A stretch of 63,213 nucleotides of DNA, filler included, from Octopus bimaculoides (Eukaryota): assembly GCF_001194135.2 (NCBI RefSeq). It is 11 parts of 8 records of this genome, joined end to end, with 100 filler letters (N's around TTAATTAATTAA, not from the genome) between each part and the next. Parts side by side here need not be neighbours in the genome. Positions count along the whole stretch, not along the records: positions 1 to 21,838 come from NC_068984.1; positions 21,939 to 25,188 come from NC_068986.1; positions 25,289 to 29,685 come from NC_068989.1; 8 more parts are not named here. One strand, 5' to 3'. Below, piece by piece: positions 13,334 through 26,734 of the stretch. Positions within the stretch are counted from its first letter, which is position 1. Each line of letters starts with the position of its first letter. The notes below the pieces were generated by a model that had not been told where the DNA came from, searched no databases, and saw only the letters and a program-made list of their open reading frames with translations. The translations under genes were made by a program, and so were the position numbers.

Positions 13334-15049
13334 GCGTGTGCGTGCGTGTGTGTGTATGTACATGAGAGTCACATTTCTCTTTGTATGAAACAATTTTTAA
13401 ATTAAAAAGACAACATAATTTATGACAAAGCAAATCGCGTCTTAATGTCTGCTCTGTAGCTCAATTAAACTATGTATCCTCTTAGGTGATATTTAAATTT
13501 GAAAAGCCGTTCGACAGTAGAATATTGCTTAAGCAGTTTTCAGATTGCTGTTACCAGTATCAATCAATTTCTGAACTACCCAGTAAAGAAGCGGCAACGT
13601 GGTAGCATTACATGTTAAAGATAAATCTCTCTCACACCCACCCTACCATGTAAAAGAAAGAATAATAATAATAATAATAAAAAACGAATGCATTAGCAGA
13701 CGTACTTCAGGTTCCGTTTCGAAATAAACAAAAGGGGATTTTGCCATGCAGGTATTACATGTGGCCATAGGTTTTTGACGATTAGAGATAACCTGATTGT
13801 AAACAACTACAATGATAACAGACATAGACTAATGAAAATATAAAAATCGCCATTCAAATTGTCATTCTGTTGTTACCTTATTAAAGATATAGTTTCTGCA
13901 ATTCCCCAGATTTTACTACTTTATCCTAATAAAAAAGTTGCACGTTGTGGTCCCAATGGCTCATACTTAATATTAACTGAAACACTTAAATTTTACCACT
14001 TCTCTGAGTTTTATGCAAGATATACCCGTTAATACTTCTTGTAAACAAAATACATACATATCCCGCAATAAAGAATGGGTTTCAAAATCTTTTGATTATC
14101 TAAATATTTCTGCCGCTATCGTTTACTGCTAAGTGCTCATATAATCACCTACTTCTTGTATCTAGATGTTTCAACCAAAACTCGACGATGATTGATAAAA
14201 CATCGTGAGTCTAATACTTTACCTAATATAGATTAGAGATTCTTGTAATATGGATATAGTGTAATTTAAGGAGCATTTTATAAGTTGCAAGTCGAACTGG
14301 CCAATTGCAGGTCCACTTGTGCTAAGCAGAGTCGATAACTTGCACACAGATACACACATGCGTGCACACAAACATACGCATGCACACCCAACCACACACA
14401 TATAAGATTAAACACAATCCAAGGAGATCGGTGGTGGGCTGCGTCGGCCAAACGTCTGCTTTGGAAAATGTAACACAAAGTCTACAGTGAATTTGTTATG
14501 GTGGTGTTGTGCATCCGACATTTTGAACAAGTCCTTCTTCACAATTGACATGACAGAACAACATAGTTTTATATACTCCATGTTTTAACCACTGGTTGCA
14601 ACCAATGGGGTATACCAGGAACGTGAAAACATGAGCTTGTATACATAGCAAAGAACTAAGAAAGGAACAGGGAAGAAAATATAGGTGAGAGACGGAGATG
14701 GAAAAGACAAGAGGAAGAAAAGCAAGCGAGGTCGAAGTGAAGGTTTAAAAAAAGGGTGCGAAGGTAACTGAAGGATAAAATAGCATTACTGAAATAATAA
14801 GAGAAAAACTAGTGGAAGGAAAGGTGTATATCTAAATTCATTTGTAGTATGGTTTTGAGTTTGAATATGAAACCTTATTCGTTATATTTCCTTGAGTGTG
14901 CAGAGACTTGATGCCTAGAGACATCGCACAATAATTAAAGCATAATCGAACAGCCTGTTGTGAGCCGTAAGGAGTTCTACAAACACACAAATGTAGCTTG
15001 AATATGTTCACTAAAGCGATATGCAAAGCCAGTAATAATTATTATCTAG

Positions 15050-15260
15050 AAGGCGGCGAACTGGCGTAATAGTTTGCACGCCGAGTTCAATGCTTAGCAG
15101 CATTTCGTCCGACTTTCAGTTCTGAGTTGAAATTTCTTGCCTTTCATCTTTTCGAGGTCGATAAAATAGGAACCAGTTGAGCGCTGGAGTCGATGTAATC
15201 GACTTATTCCCTTCCCCGAATTTGCTGGCCTTGTGCCAAAATTTGAAACCAATATTTGCG
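15050..15260 (+). mobile_element. SINE (ggcggcgagctggcagaa family)
   Basis: Shares ttctgagttcaaatt...gcctttcatc.tttcgggg tcgataaaa.aagtacc with more than 15 other copies in the window. Confidence 0.8.
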
Positions 15261-15849
15261 ACCTAGTAATTTGTATAATCAAATCCAAATTAATTAATTA
15301 AGATATAAATATATTGCTGTTTTTCTTCTATAAGTCTAATGATCGCCTCCTACCAGAAAACACGTAGGGTAGGTGCGAGTCTGATGACAACTAAACAAAT
15401 ATCTCAGTTGTTTCTTTTTTCTGAATACATTCAGAGTATGCTTTATTGAATATCAGACTAATTTTATAGAATTCTTGTTTCTTGAAATTATCAGACTTTG
15501 TTATATGAAGTTGACTGTAATTGCTACCAAGCTAATGTTCTACATAGTATGGAAGAGGAGATAATTCTTACCACTGGAAAAACTCAGTTCTTTCTCTTTA
15601 TTTTTTCGTCACGTGTTTTCACATTTACACGTACATAATAATCATGTATGCATTTATGTAAGCATATATGAATGTATGTGTGTTTATATTTGGGTGTTCA
15701 TGCATATGTCTGTATATATGTATATGTGTGTGTATATGTATGCGCGCACGCACAGAAATTCTGGCGTAAACATCACATCAGAAAATTTTGCATGAGTATA
15801 TACATTTGTACGAACATATGCATATACATACATAGATATATAGCAGACC

Positions 15850-16790
15850 CTTTCTTTCAATATTATACTTCCTTTCAACGCCCTGTATTTTTGTTAGCTT
15901 TTAAGCTCCCTTTCTCTTTTTGTTCTAAAACAGAGATTTCCTTCGAGAGCATGTCTAACCCTGTCTGGATTATTTTTTTCACCATGGATGTTTTCTTTTG
16001 TCACTCCCATTATGTTTCTTTTTCTTGACATGAACACCCACGTTTTTTGCCACAGCACTACTTGCTGCTTTGATCAAATAATTTGTTTCTGTGATGTTTT
16101 GTGTCGTGATGTATTTTCAGAATTTCATTGTCATTTTGCGTTTCTTGGTTCAATTTCCATCGATTAACGTTTTTAAGTTTGCAAATAATGTCGCTATCAT
16201 TCTCCAGTAGTCTTGCCTTTATTCCGTCGTAGATTGCCTGTTGTACATCTGCCATGTCACTATTAGTTTTATTGTTCTCTATTAGATCATATATATGTCT
16301 CTCACCAATCGTACTACCAGTGCTTCTTTCCTGTGCTTTGAAATTACTCTTATTAGTTTGACCGGTATTTTCATCGTTATCTCTGCTGCTATTTTCCAAG
16401 ACCCGTCTTTTGATAGCTTCGAGTTCTACTTCTGTGAACCAACGATTTTTTTCTTATTGCCCTAGCTTGATCACATTGTCTCTGTTCTGTGAGTTTAAAC
16501 GATCCCTTTTTCTCTCCAATGATCACACATACGTTGTCGGTAACCCCTAATTTGAGTACCATTTTCGTCTACCGGGCTTCTGAGGTAGTAACACTCCATG
16601 ACCACAGCATTAATTTGCTTGGTCCATCTATGCCGTGTGTGGTGGTCCCTTTCTGAAAATCGATAGGCTGGATCAAGTGCTGTGGCGCGTGCGAGTTCGT
16701 TTATGATTTTCTTTGCTTGATAGTGTATGTACGTAATAATGGAAGTTCGTTTGTATGGAAGGCTTCTAGTTCCGAACCATATCATGACAG
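15850..16790 (-). mobile_element. R4/Dong-like non-LTR retrotransposon, N-terminal region fragment
   Basis: ORFs RHRWTKQINAVVMECYYLRSPVDENGTQIRGYRQRMCDHWREKG and ..ELEAIKRRVLE..ICKLKNVNRWKLNQETQ resemble the conserved N-terminus of R4-clade ORFs; frameshifted. Confidence 0.65.
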
Positions 16791-17345
16791 TGACCTTTAG
16801 GACCTCATGAACTTAGTGACCTAGTGTCTGCTAAGCTATTTCCTTCTCTATGGGAACGCTATGAATTCCGTCATCACGGTCTTTCTGTCCCTTTCCCTTA
16901 TGTTTATCCTTCCTTTCTTTGTTNNNNNNNNNNNNNNNNNNNNNNNNNNNNNNNNNNNNNNNNNNNNNNNNNNNNNNNNNNNNNNNNNNNNNNNNNNNNN
17001 NNNNNNNNNNNNNNNNNNNNNNNNNNNNNNNNNNNNNNNNNNNNNNNNNNNNNNNNNNNNNNNNNNNNNNNNNNNNNNNNNNNNNATATATATGGGAGAA
17101 TTTACGAAAAAAACAACAGACGAAGACAGGTGGTGTAAACAGAAAATGGATGTATTAGTTTAACGCTCGGGAATAGAGAATGTCTCTGACGTTTCGAGTT
17201 ACGCTCTTCAACTTAAAGGAACACAAAGAAATAAGGAGAGCAACAAGGAGAAAAATATATAAATGTAGTGGTCAGCGATCTATCATGACATGACACAAAT
17301 TAAATTGTTTCAGGTCAAGTTACTTGCTATGCAAGTACATCTCCG

Positions 17346-17380
<35 letters not shown>

Positions 17381-18566
17381 CACACACAAGCATGTACGTA
17401 TATGTCAACCGAGGTGGAGCTTCTCGTATTTACCTATCATTTTCTAGATGCGCGTATTCATGCATGCAGTTGTGACGCTTGGTTTCATGTCAGTTGAAAT
17501 GTTACGACAGATATTCTTTATGCTGAACTATTTAAAATTGCCTTTAATATGTCTCCTACAGTAATATCCGGTAATATAATATAATTTGAGCAAACGTAGA
17601 TTATGACTCCTTTGGGATGAGAGGAATTGTGTTATAAAGTTTGGATGAATGTAATATAAAATATTTTATTAACTAACTAAACATACACTTACCTATAAAT
17701 GTACAACTGGAACATTTGCTTTTCTCGATTAATTTTCACACCAAATTACGAATCTACATACCGATGAAACCTATTTCACCTCTCGTAAATGTCTTGTTAT
17801 GAACATAATATATTGCTACTGTCAAAGTAATAAACTGTTTAATGATAGCTATTGTCTCTATTTACTCACGTATGATGATACTCCTCATACAATGTTGTTA
17901 CGCAGTGTTTGCTATAGTATTTCCATTAAACACAGCGGAAGCAAAACACTTTTCACGAGCATTCTTTTAACGATAAAAACGGTAATTCATTATTCTAAAA
18001 TTGTCTATACGTTAACGATTTATTGATTGTAAAAAGAATGTTGTGTTCGGGACATGAAAACAAATGACTAAAAGAAAATAAATGTTCTGAATCTTAGGGT
18101 TGTTTTAGCTTATAAAACAGCAATTAAAGAGCTTTAAAAACAAAAAGAGAGAGAAAAGAACAGAAATTGCTCATAACAGCAAAATACCACATCTATATTA
18201 TATAGAGTGGTATTATTCGCTCACAAATTCCATTCGATTATCAATTTTTTAATATGTAAATGGCGCAGTATTAATTCTAATCTATATTAATAATTTCTCT
18301 TACGAAGTGTATGGCATAGTGGTTAGAGAGTTCGAATTCCGGACGGAGCGGTGCACTGAACAAAGCACTTCATTTCACTCACCTCCACTTCACTGAGTTG
18401 TAAATGAGTAGCCCAACGGAAAACTGGCTTCCCGGTTGGTGTTCTCTTAGTAACTGGGCTCAAGATTCCTAGGACTCGAGGCAGTTATCCATTCTATTAG
18501 AGCACTATCTTAATCATATACCAATTTCTCCCTTAAAATAATTTGCACTTAATATTTACCGTCTTA

Positions 18567-19037
18567 AAGGCTGTGAGATGGCAAAAACGTTAACAGGCCT
18601 TTAATAAGGCGGTGAGCTGGCAGAAACGTTAGCACGCCGGGCGAAATGCTTAGTGGTATTTCGTCTGCCGCTACGTTCTGAGTTCAAATTCCGCTGAGGT
18701 CGACTTTGCCTTTCATCCTTTCGGAGTCGATTAAATAAGTACCAGTTACGCACTGGGGTCGATATAATCGACTTAATCCGTTTGTCTGTCCTTGTTTGTC
18801 CCCTCTGTATGTAGCCCCTTGTGGGCAGTAAAGAAATAAAAAAACGTTAACACGCCGGCGAAATGCTTAGCAATATTTCGTCTGTTTTTTACGTTCTGCG
18901 TTCAAATTCCACCGAGGTCGATTTTGCCTTTCATCTTTTCGGGGTCGATAAATCAAGTACTAGTTGCGTACTGGAGTCGATCTCATCGAATGATCCCCTC
19001 CCCCAAAATTTCGGGTATTGTGCCTAGAGTAGAAAAG
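18567..19037 (+). mobile_element. Older SINE split by a younger full-length SINE of the same family
   Basis: The outer head is interrupted after aaaaacgttaaca. That 13-mer recurs after the inner copy (about 18609-18838), which ends in gtaaagaaat. Confidence 0.75.
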
Positions 19038-19047
19038 AATATTTACC

Positions 19048-19224
19048 TTATTTACATAATTTACAATTGACAGATATGTGTCCTCATTTTGTTTGTTGTT
19101 AATACATTTCGGCTGATATACAGTCCAGCCTTCATTAGGTGTCTTGGGGGAAATTTCGAACCTGGCTTCTCATTCCTAAGGTATTTTTCGATGTTTTTGT
19201 TGTTGTAGTTATAATAATATTAAC

Positions 19225-19263
<39 letters not shown>

Positions 19264-19427
19264 TATTATTATTATTATTCAGGTCACTGCCGGGAATCCA
19301 ACTCGGAATATTGGGGTTAGTAGCCCGCACTCTTAACCACTACGTCATACGCCCGTGGACATATGGCGTAGTAGTATCCGTCAATTGTAAATAATGTACA
19401 TAATTCCTCATCTCTTAAATATAGAAC
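19048..19427 (-). mobile_element. tRNA-headed SINE-like element with inverted arms and hammerhead-ribozyme relic
   Basis: Minus strand, in order: inverted tail copy, fold-back tRNA head (gacgtagtggttaag...gagttggattcc), (AAT)n, then agacac-CTAATGA-a-ggctg...cagcc-GAAA-tgt. Flanked by aatatttacc direct repeats (19038-19047, 19430-19439). Confidence 0.7.
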
Positions 19428-19447
19428 AAAATATTTACCGTCTTAAA

Positions 19448-19650
19448 GCGGTCAGCTGGCAAACTAATTAGCACGCCAGGCAAAATGCTAAGCGGCGTTT
19501 CGTCCGTCCATACGCTCTCAGTTCAGATTTTGCCGAGATCGAATTTGCCTTTCATATTTTCGGGGTCGACAAAATAAGTATCAGTTGAGCACTGAGATTG
19601 ATGTAGTCGATTCCCCGACAATTGCTGGCTTTGTGCCAAAATTTGAGACC
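19448..19650 (+). mobile_element. SINE (ggcggtgagctggca family)
   Basis: Same core as the other copies; flanked by atatttaccgtct repeats. Confidence 0.75.
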
Positions 19651-22250
19651 GATATTTACCGTCTCATTCCGCTGAAAAAAAAATTTAACTTCTTCGTCAC
19701 TGCCTGATGCAATAACTGACAGTCTGTCTTCAGGTAATAAATTAATGCGTATCCATTCAGAAATTTAGATTCTAAACGTAGAAACGTAAAAATAATACTT
19801 CTTCGTTCCATTTCTTCTATTTCTTACAAAATGAAGTTATTGATCTACGAAAAGAATTACAATAATTCTAAATATATGTAACATGTCCGCCAGCATAGCA
19901 TATCTAGCTTCATATACAGATGTGTAGTTAATCGTTTTCTTTCATGACAGTGTCTTAAATTTATGAATGGAGCCAATTTTATTATCGCTACTTGAAAGAA
20001 ATAGTTTTGGTCCCCCTGCTATTCAGACAGACCCTTCTCTATCACCTTCATGCTCTTAGAGAATGCCAGTGCTGCAGATTGCTACATGATTTCATAATAA
20101 TAGACGTGTGTGTACACGTGTGTGTACACGTGTGTGTGTATGTGTTTGTGGTATTGAAATTCAGTCACTATGATTGCTCGGTCGTTAGTTCACAATGGCG
20201 CCTTCATCTCATGCATAACCCAAACAACTACTGCCATATATGAAGATATATATCCCTTTTTGCAAGCCGATTTCAGCTGCTAAAATCCCACAGAAATATT
20301 ATCAGACTAAAACGCTGTACGCATTTGAGACAAACTACGTAAACTTTCAAACCTGTATCGACAGTGGGTCATAGAATTCTCTGAATATGTTTCTATTCGT
20401 TCATACTGTAAATAAAAGCACAAAAGTGCTCGAAAAAGAAGCCGTTCAAAGTGAAAATACGATCTCAAAAAAGCATGAGAAAATTGTACAATCAAACAAA
20501 AAATAAATTCTTGGAAAAACCGAATTCAGAAAGATCCCAAAATATTAAAAGAAGACAACTTATATAGGATGAATACTATCATGAACATCACTTTATTATT
20601 GAGCGCTATTCTATTATCAACATTCTTCCCAAATCGAAATTTTGATTGTAGTACCTAAGAGATATCATTTATGATGGCCATATAATGTACACAAACATAC
20701 ACATGTAAATCATACATACGCGTTTAGTTTTGCCTGTCGGGAAAATATTCTTGAAACTATAGTTGAGAGTGACAATATTTTATTTTAATCGAGTCAGTTT
20801 CTTGCTACTCTGAGTTTCGCTTGCACGAGCATAGCCGTTTTGTGTAAATCACAACTGAAGGCCTGGCTGTGTGGTATGAAGATTGCTTCTCACCCGCATG
20901 GTCTACGGTTCAGTCCCAGTGCCTTGCGCAAGTGTAGGCGTTCAAATATTATAAAATTATAAGAAACGTACAAAATAGTAGAAGCGAAAAATAAGAAAGG
21001 AAAATCAGGAAAAAAAAAGAAAACAGGAGAAACAAGAGGGAATAAAAAAAAAACTGTAAACTAGATTCTTGCAAACATTTCCAAATCGCTACTTTGTAAT
21101 TTTTTTCTAAGTCCTATTTTTCACATTTTTAACCATTTGATTTTATCTGTCACTATTACGATTGTCACCAACATATTTTAGATCATTCCACTAATCTGTA
21201 TCCCTGCAGCTAAAATTTGTTTATACTTTTACCTCTTGTTCATTTTTATTGCTACGATATTTTCTTTATTTATATTCATTAAATTATTCCTATATTTGAA
21301 AGCACATTCGCCAACAATAAATACCCACGCCTTATTCTTTCCAGTTCATTCTCCTACTCATCTGCTATTTTTACCATTCTAATACCCGACCACCCCATTT
21401 CATTCTCCCTGTTGAAGCACATCCATCTTTTTCTCTAAGCAACTCGCATTTTCCTTCCTCCCTCTTCTATGTTGTTTCCATTTTTTACTTTTAAAATTTC
21501 CTTTTTCTATTTACTACTCTTTTCCCTTTCTGTTCCTCTTGGTCTACCCTTTATTTCATTTCTTATTGACAATCATAAACTACAACAGGAATCTTATAGA
21601 AAGAGGTGGAAGACCCTTGCATCCACAGGCTAAAGTGAGGATAGCAAGACACTCACCCAACCCAAAAAGTAGTAGTAGTAGTAGTACCAACAACAACAAC
21701 AATAACAACAACAACAACAACAACAATAATAATAATCTTAACATATATATATATATGTATATATATATATATGTATATATATATGTGTGTATATAGTATA
21801 TTTATGTGTGCTTTTATATATATATGTACATATATATANNNNNNNNNNNNNNNNNNNNNNNNNNNNNNNNNNNNNNNNNNNNTTAATTAATTAANNNNNN
21901 NNNNNNNNNNNNNNNNNNNNNNNNNNNNNNNNNNNNNNTATATATATTCGTGATATCTATCAACAAAGAACATAAGAACAAGATGAAGCGGAAGAGGAGA
22001 AGGAGGTGAAGATGGAAGAAGAAGAAGAAGAAGAAGAAGAAGAAGAAGAAGAAGAAGAAGATAATGGTGATGATGATGATGATGATGATGATGATTATCA
22101 AAATAACCAATGAAGAAATATGTATATTAGTATTATCGTAGATGTTGCACACTATACAATATCGTGAGGTTGTTGATTGAAGATATTGTGTCCACTGGGG
22201 GTTTGTACTGTTTGTCAAGTCACAACAAGGACCTCAGACAGACAGTACTC

Positions 22251-22300
<50 letters not shown>

Positions 22301-22321
22301 AATAATAATAATAATAATATT

Positions 22322-22354
<33 letters not shown>

Positions 22355-22355
<1 letters not shown>

Positions 22356-22615
22356 GACAGGAAACAAGAAAAATAATGACAGGATTTAAGATGCACCACC
22401 CAAAATCTGACATAGAAAGGTTATACATACAACCTATGGAAGATGGTAGAGGCTTTATACAACTTGAAAACTATTACAAAATAACCACCATAGGACTGCA
22501 AAAATACCTACTTCAGAAGCAAGGAAAACTAATATAAATAACCACAAAACACGAACAAAGCAAAAAACTGTTTTCAGTCTTTAAGAAAGCTGACAAATAC
22601 AAAAATGAAGTATTT
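22355..22615 (+). mobile_element. R4/Dong-like non-LTR retrotransposon, post-RT fragment
   Basis: DRKTRKIMTGFKMHHPKSDIERLYIQPMEDGRGFIQLENYYKITTIGLQKYL matches the DRKTRK..HHPKSDV.RLY.PR..GGRGL motif. Confidence 0.8.
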
Positions 22616-23896
22616 GACTACGGTGGGATAAAAGACGAAACCAATCTCAACAAAATTTGATCTTAAAGTACTACAAGAAATAACCCAGTAACACTAACGA
22701 CTCTGTTAGTTAGCTGTCTTAATTGTTTTTAAGCAGAAGGCCAGCCATTTTGAGGTGAGGGTACATAGACAAGGAAATCGAACCCAATATTTGAATGGCT
22801 CGTTATTTTATCGACCCCGGATGGAATGAACGGTAAAGTTGGCCTCAGCGGAATTTGAACCCAGAATACACACACGGTCGAAATACAGCTAAGCATTCTT
22901 TTGCCTGGCGTGATAGAATTATAAAATCGGTTTCAAATTTTGGCACAAAGCCATCAAGATCAGGAGATGGGGGTTCAGTTAAAAATATTAATTCCAGTGT
23001 TCAACTGGTACCTATTTTATCGACCCCAAAATAGATGAAAGGCAAAGTCGATCTCGACGATATTTGAACCCGGAACGTAAAGCCGGACGAAATACCGCAA
23101 AGCAATTTTGCTACTTACTCCGACTCTATGAACGATTCTGCCAGTTCCAATATCTTATACTGCAAATATAATGAAATTAATATATTCAGTAATTAAAATC
23201 GAAATATGCAAATGAGAGAATGGACGTTAAAACTGTCGACACTATTCCTATCTTAAGCATATGAGATACGTTGAATATCTGCAATAATGCTCAGTACAGT
23301 GGCACCATTAAGGTTAACAGACCAAATTCTAGGGTTAAACGACATTTGAAGGAATTTAATAAAAATATTTCTTCGAATTGCTGAATTGTGGTCCCAGGGT
23401 CAGCATAGCTTTACTGTCTTTTTCGTTATTGAACACGTTTTTCCCGTGACATGGTCAAATGCACGCTGCTTTGCATATCCGTGCTTTGCAATTTGTAAGC
23501 ACATCAATCCTGTACCTGCTAATAGTCCCACCTCGCCTACAACGTCTCCATTTTACTTGCCCCCTCTCCTCCATCAGCTCTTCTTCCTCCTCCTTCTCCT
23601 CTTCCTCCTTAAACTTCGTCTTCTTCTTCTTCTTCTTCTTCTTCTACCACCACCACCACCACCACAACCTTCACTCTGTAATATAGCTTCGATATCCGCC
23701 TTCTGGCATTGCCGATTGCCGAGCATCTAGCGAGCTAGACGAAGTGAAAAAGTAAGGGAGCTAAATAGATGGGCAGGAAGAGAAACGGGCCGACGAAATG
23801 ACATGTCTGGACTAATATTGTTTTTAAACAGAAACAGTTGTTACGTATGCCAGTCACGGTTCTAGAGCGCCAAGCCATCACCCACACCGCGACCAA

Positions 23897-23930
<34 letters not shown>

Positions 23931-24740
23931 NNNNNNNNNNNNNNNNNNNNNNNNNNNNNNNNNNNNNNNNNNNNNNNNNNNNNNNNNNNNNNNNNNNNNN
24001 NNNNNNNNNNNNNNNNNNNNNNNNNNNNNNNNNNNNNNNNNNNNNNNNNNNNNNNNNNNNNNNNNNNNNNNNNNNNNNNNNNNNNNNNNNNNNNNNNNNN
24101 NNNNNNNNNNNNNNNNNNNNNNNNNNNNNNNNNNNNNNNNNNNNNNNNNNNNNNNNNNNNNNNNNNNNAAGAAGAAGAAGAAGAAGAAGATGATGATGAT
24201 GACGATGACGATGACGATGGTGATGATGATGGTGATGATGATGATGATGATGATGATGATGGTGGTGATGATGGAGAAGGAGGAGGAGATTTAACAGTGA
24301 GCATAAGGGAAAAAAGAAAGCAAGGAAAAGAAAGAAAGATAGAAAGAAAGAAAGAAAGAAAAGATAGACCCGAAGAAAGAAAGAAAGAAAGATGTAAAAA
24401 GAAGAGAGGCAGGGTGTTGGTCTAGAGGAGGAAGGGGAAGTCGAAGACTAGGGTGTGTAGGACAGGAGGTGGAAGAGGGGGGGGGAGAAGATATTATTAA
24501 TTATTGAAAAACTGTTCGTTGTCAACTTCAACGAAATATCACATGGGAAGAAAAACCAGAAGAAAGGGGAAAAAAGGTCAATTGCTACGTCGTTAGGAAT
24601 TACAGCAGCTTCATTTGAGTCGAATTTTAATTAATGAAAAATAATCTTCTTCTTATCAACATCATCATCATTAAAAATTGTTATTATTTTTAATACTAAA
24701 AATAATATTTATATATCAAAATTTTCCTATTATTATTATG

Positions 24741-24782
<42 letters not shown>

Positions 24783-24893
24783 TCGATTTTATTAACAACG
24801 TCATCATAATGTTGATGTGATTGTTATTATTATTATTATTGACAGTGTTGTTCTTGTTATTGTTATTGGCGCTGCTGCTGCTGCAGCTGCTGT

Positions 24894-24970
<77 letters not shown>

Positions 24971-25127
24971 CTGTTACAGTAATTATTGTTATTTGTTAAA
25001 ATTTGTTATTTATTTATTCTTCAGAGATCGGTTTCTAATTTGAAATGAAAATTTTATAATTTCAATGCTTCTAAAAGACATGTCTCTCCCTATATACATA
25101 TATATATATACATATATACATACATGC

Positions 25128-25188
<61 letters not shown>

Positions 25189-25688
25189 NNNNNNNNNNNN
25201 NNNNNNNNNNNNNNNNNNNNNNNNNNNNNNNNTTAATTAATTAANNNNNNNNNNNNNNNNNNNNNNNNNNNNNNNNNNNNNNNNNNNNCTCTCCTCTTTT
25301 GACTAATTTACGGGAAAAAAAATGAAGAAAAGATGAAGGCACATTCTGGGTCTGTGTTTAGCTTATGTGGATTCACGATCGTTAGGTCGTGGGTTCGATT
25401 CTCGGACCGCACATTGCTCCAGTACATTCAGTGGAAAATGAGTTCCAGTGGCACCTAAGTGTTAACCCTGCAATACATTGGTGCCCATTAAGAGCGGAAT
25501 CTTAAACTTTCGAGCTAATACATTGGAAATCTGGATAAGCTCCTGCCTCAGAGTCTGTAAGCTCGAAAATGATTTTCGACAGCCACAAAAATACAATCTG
25601 CTGTTCAATATCTTATTAATCTAGTGCGTTCTTCTCTCCCATAGAACGGTCCATATCTTATCGACATTGGTGTATTCTTCTCTTACAG

Positions 25689-25857
25689 GGTATGGCCTAT
25701 ATCCATTCCTCCAGTCTTGTATCTCACGGTAGGATGAAAAGCAGTAACTGTGTGGTCGATAGCCGCTGGGTGTTGAAGATAACCGATTACGGACCGAGTG
25801 CACTGTTGCATGTACAATTCAACAGCAGAGATTCGGAGGAGCAAGGGAAATTTAAAG
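25689..25857 (+). CDS. Receptor guanylyl cyclase (natriuretic-peptide-receptor-like), kinase-homology domain exon
   Basis: ttcttctcttacAG | [56 protein letters not shown] g | GTtggt. The [20 protein letters not shown] motif is diagnostic of receptor GC pseudokinases. Ends in phase 1. Confidence 0.93.
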
Positions 25858-26685
25858 GTTGGTACAGTTGTTGCAACGAAACATTTGGAAGAAACACGAT
25901 TCCGTATTTGTGTACATAAGTTTATGAAGCAGTGTTTATATATATGAGAGTTGGTGGTTCTACATGTGTTGTATGTTCGTGTGTGTGTGTGTGTGTATGT
26001 GTGTGTGTGTGCGTGTGCGTGTGTGTGTGCGTGTGTATGTGCTAGAGGCTCGTAGCTCATGTGTCATAGTTTCGTGTCTAGATGCTATTGTTATCACAAT
26101 GTATTTGTTGAGTTCAACATGTGTAACTGTTAGTCCAAACACGTTTACCCCCTTCTCTCTGTGTGCTTTCTCTCTTCATTCTTTCTGTAGAAGAGCGTAG
26201 GTTCGAAGCAGCAAAGATTTCTTACATTTTCCTTGAGCGTTAAACTAATACACCTTGTTTGCTGTTCCTTTACCTGTCTTTTTTGTTGTTATTTCTTTTG
26301 CATAATTTTGAACCACATATAATATTCGCTCACGTCGTCAACCCAGTTTGATCCTGCCTGACTGAACCTTCTCCTCTGTTAGACTCTCATCTCCTTTCCT
26401 ACTTACTTCTTGGAATCTTACCACTTCTCTTGAACCACTTTACCACCACTCCACTCGGATTACAATTAGAACTTTATACTTTTCGTGCGTGTGAGTGAAT
26501 GTGTGTGTGGATGGATAAATGGATGGATGGAAAGATGTTTGTATGCTTGCATGAATGTACGTATGTACGTGTATATACATACATACATACATACATAAAT
26601 TAATATATATATATACACACACACATATACACACATATACACATACATACATATATATATACACACATATGCAGACACACAAAAA

Positions 26686-26734
<49 letters not shown>

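Noticed and set aside
13705-14340. Two phase-compatible minus-strand exon candidates (LSTLLSTSGP..., LSLIVKNLWPH...)
   Set aside because: Weak acceptors, no family similarity, and no consistent chain to other exons; expected by chance in AT-rich DNA.
21883-21894. TTAATTAATTAA palindrome recurring ten times at irregular spacing
   Set aside because: Always centred in exactly 100-bp N blocks; an assembler six-frame-stop spacer, not biology.
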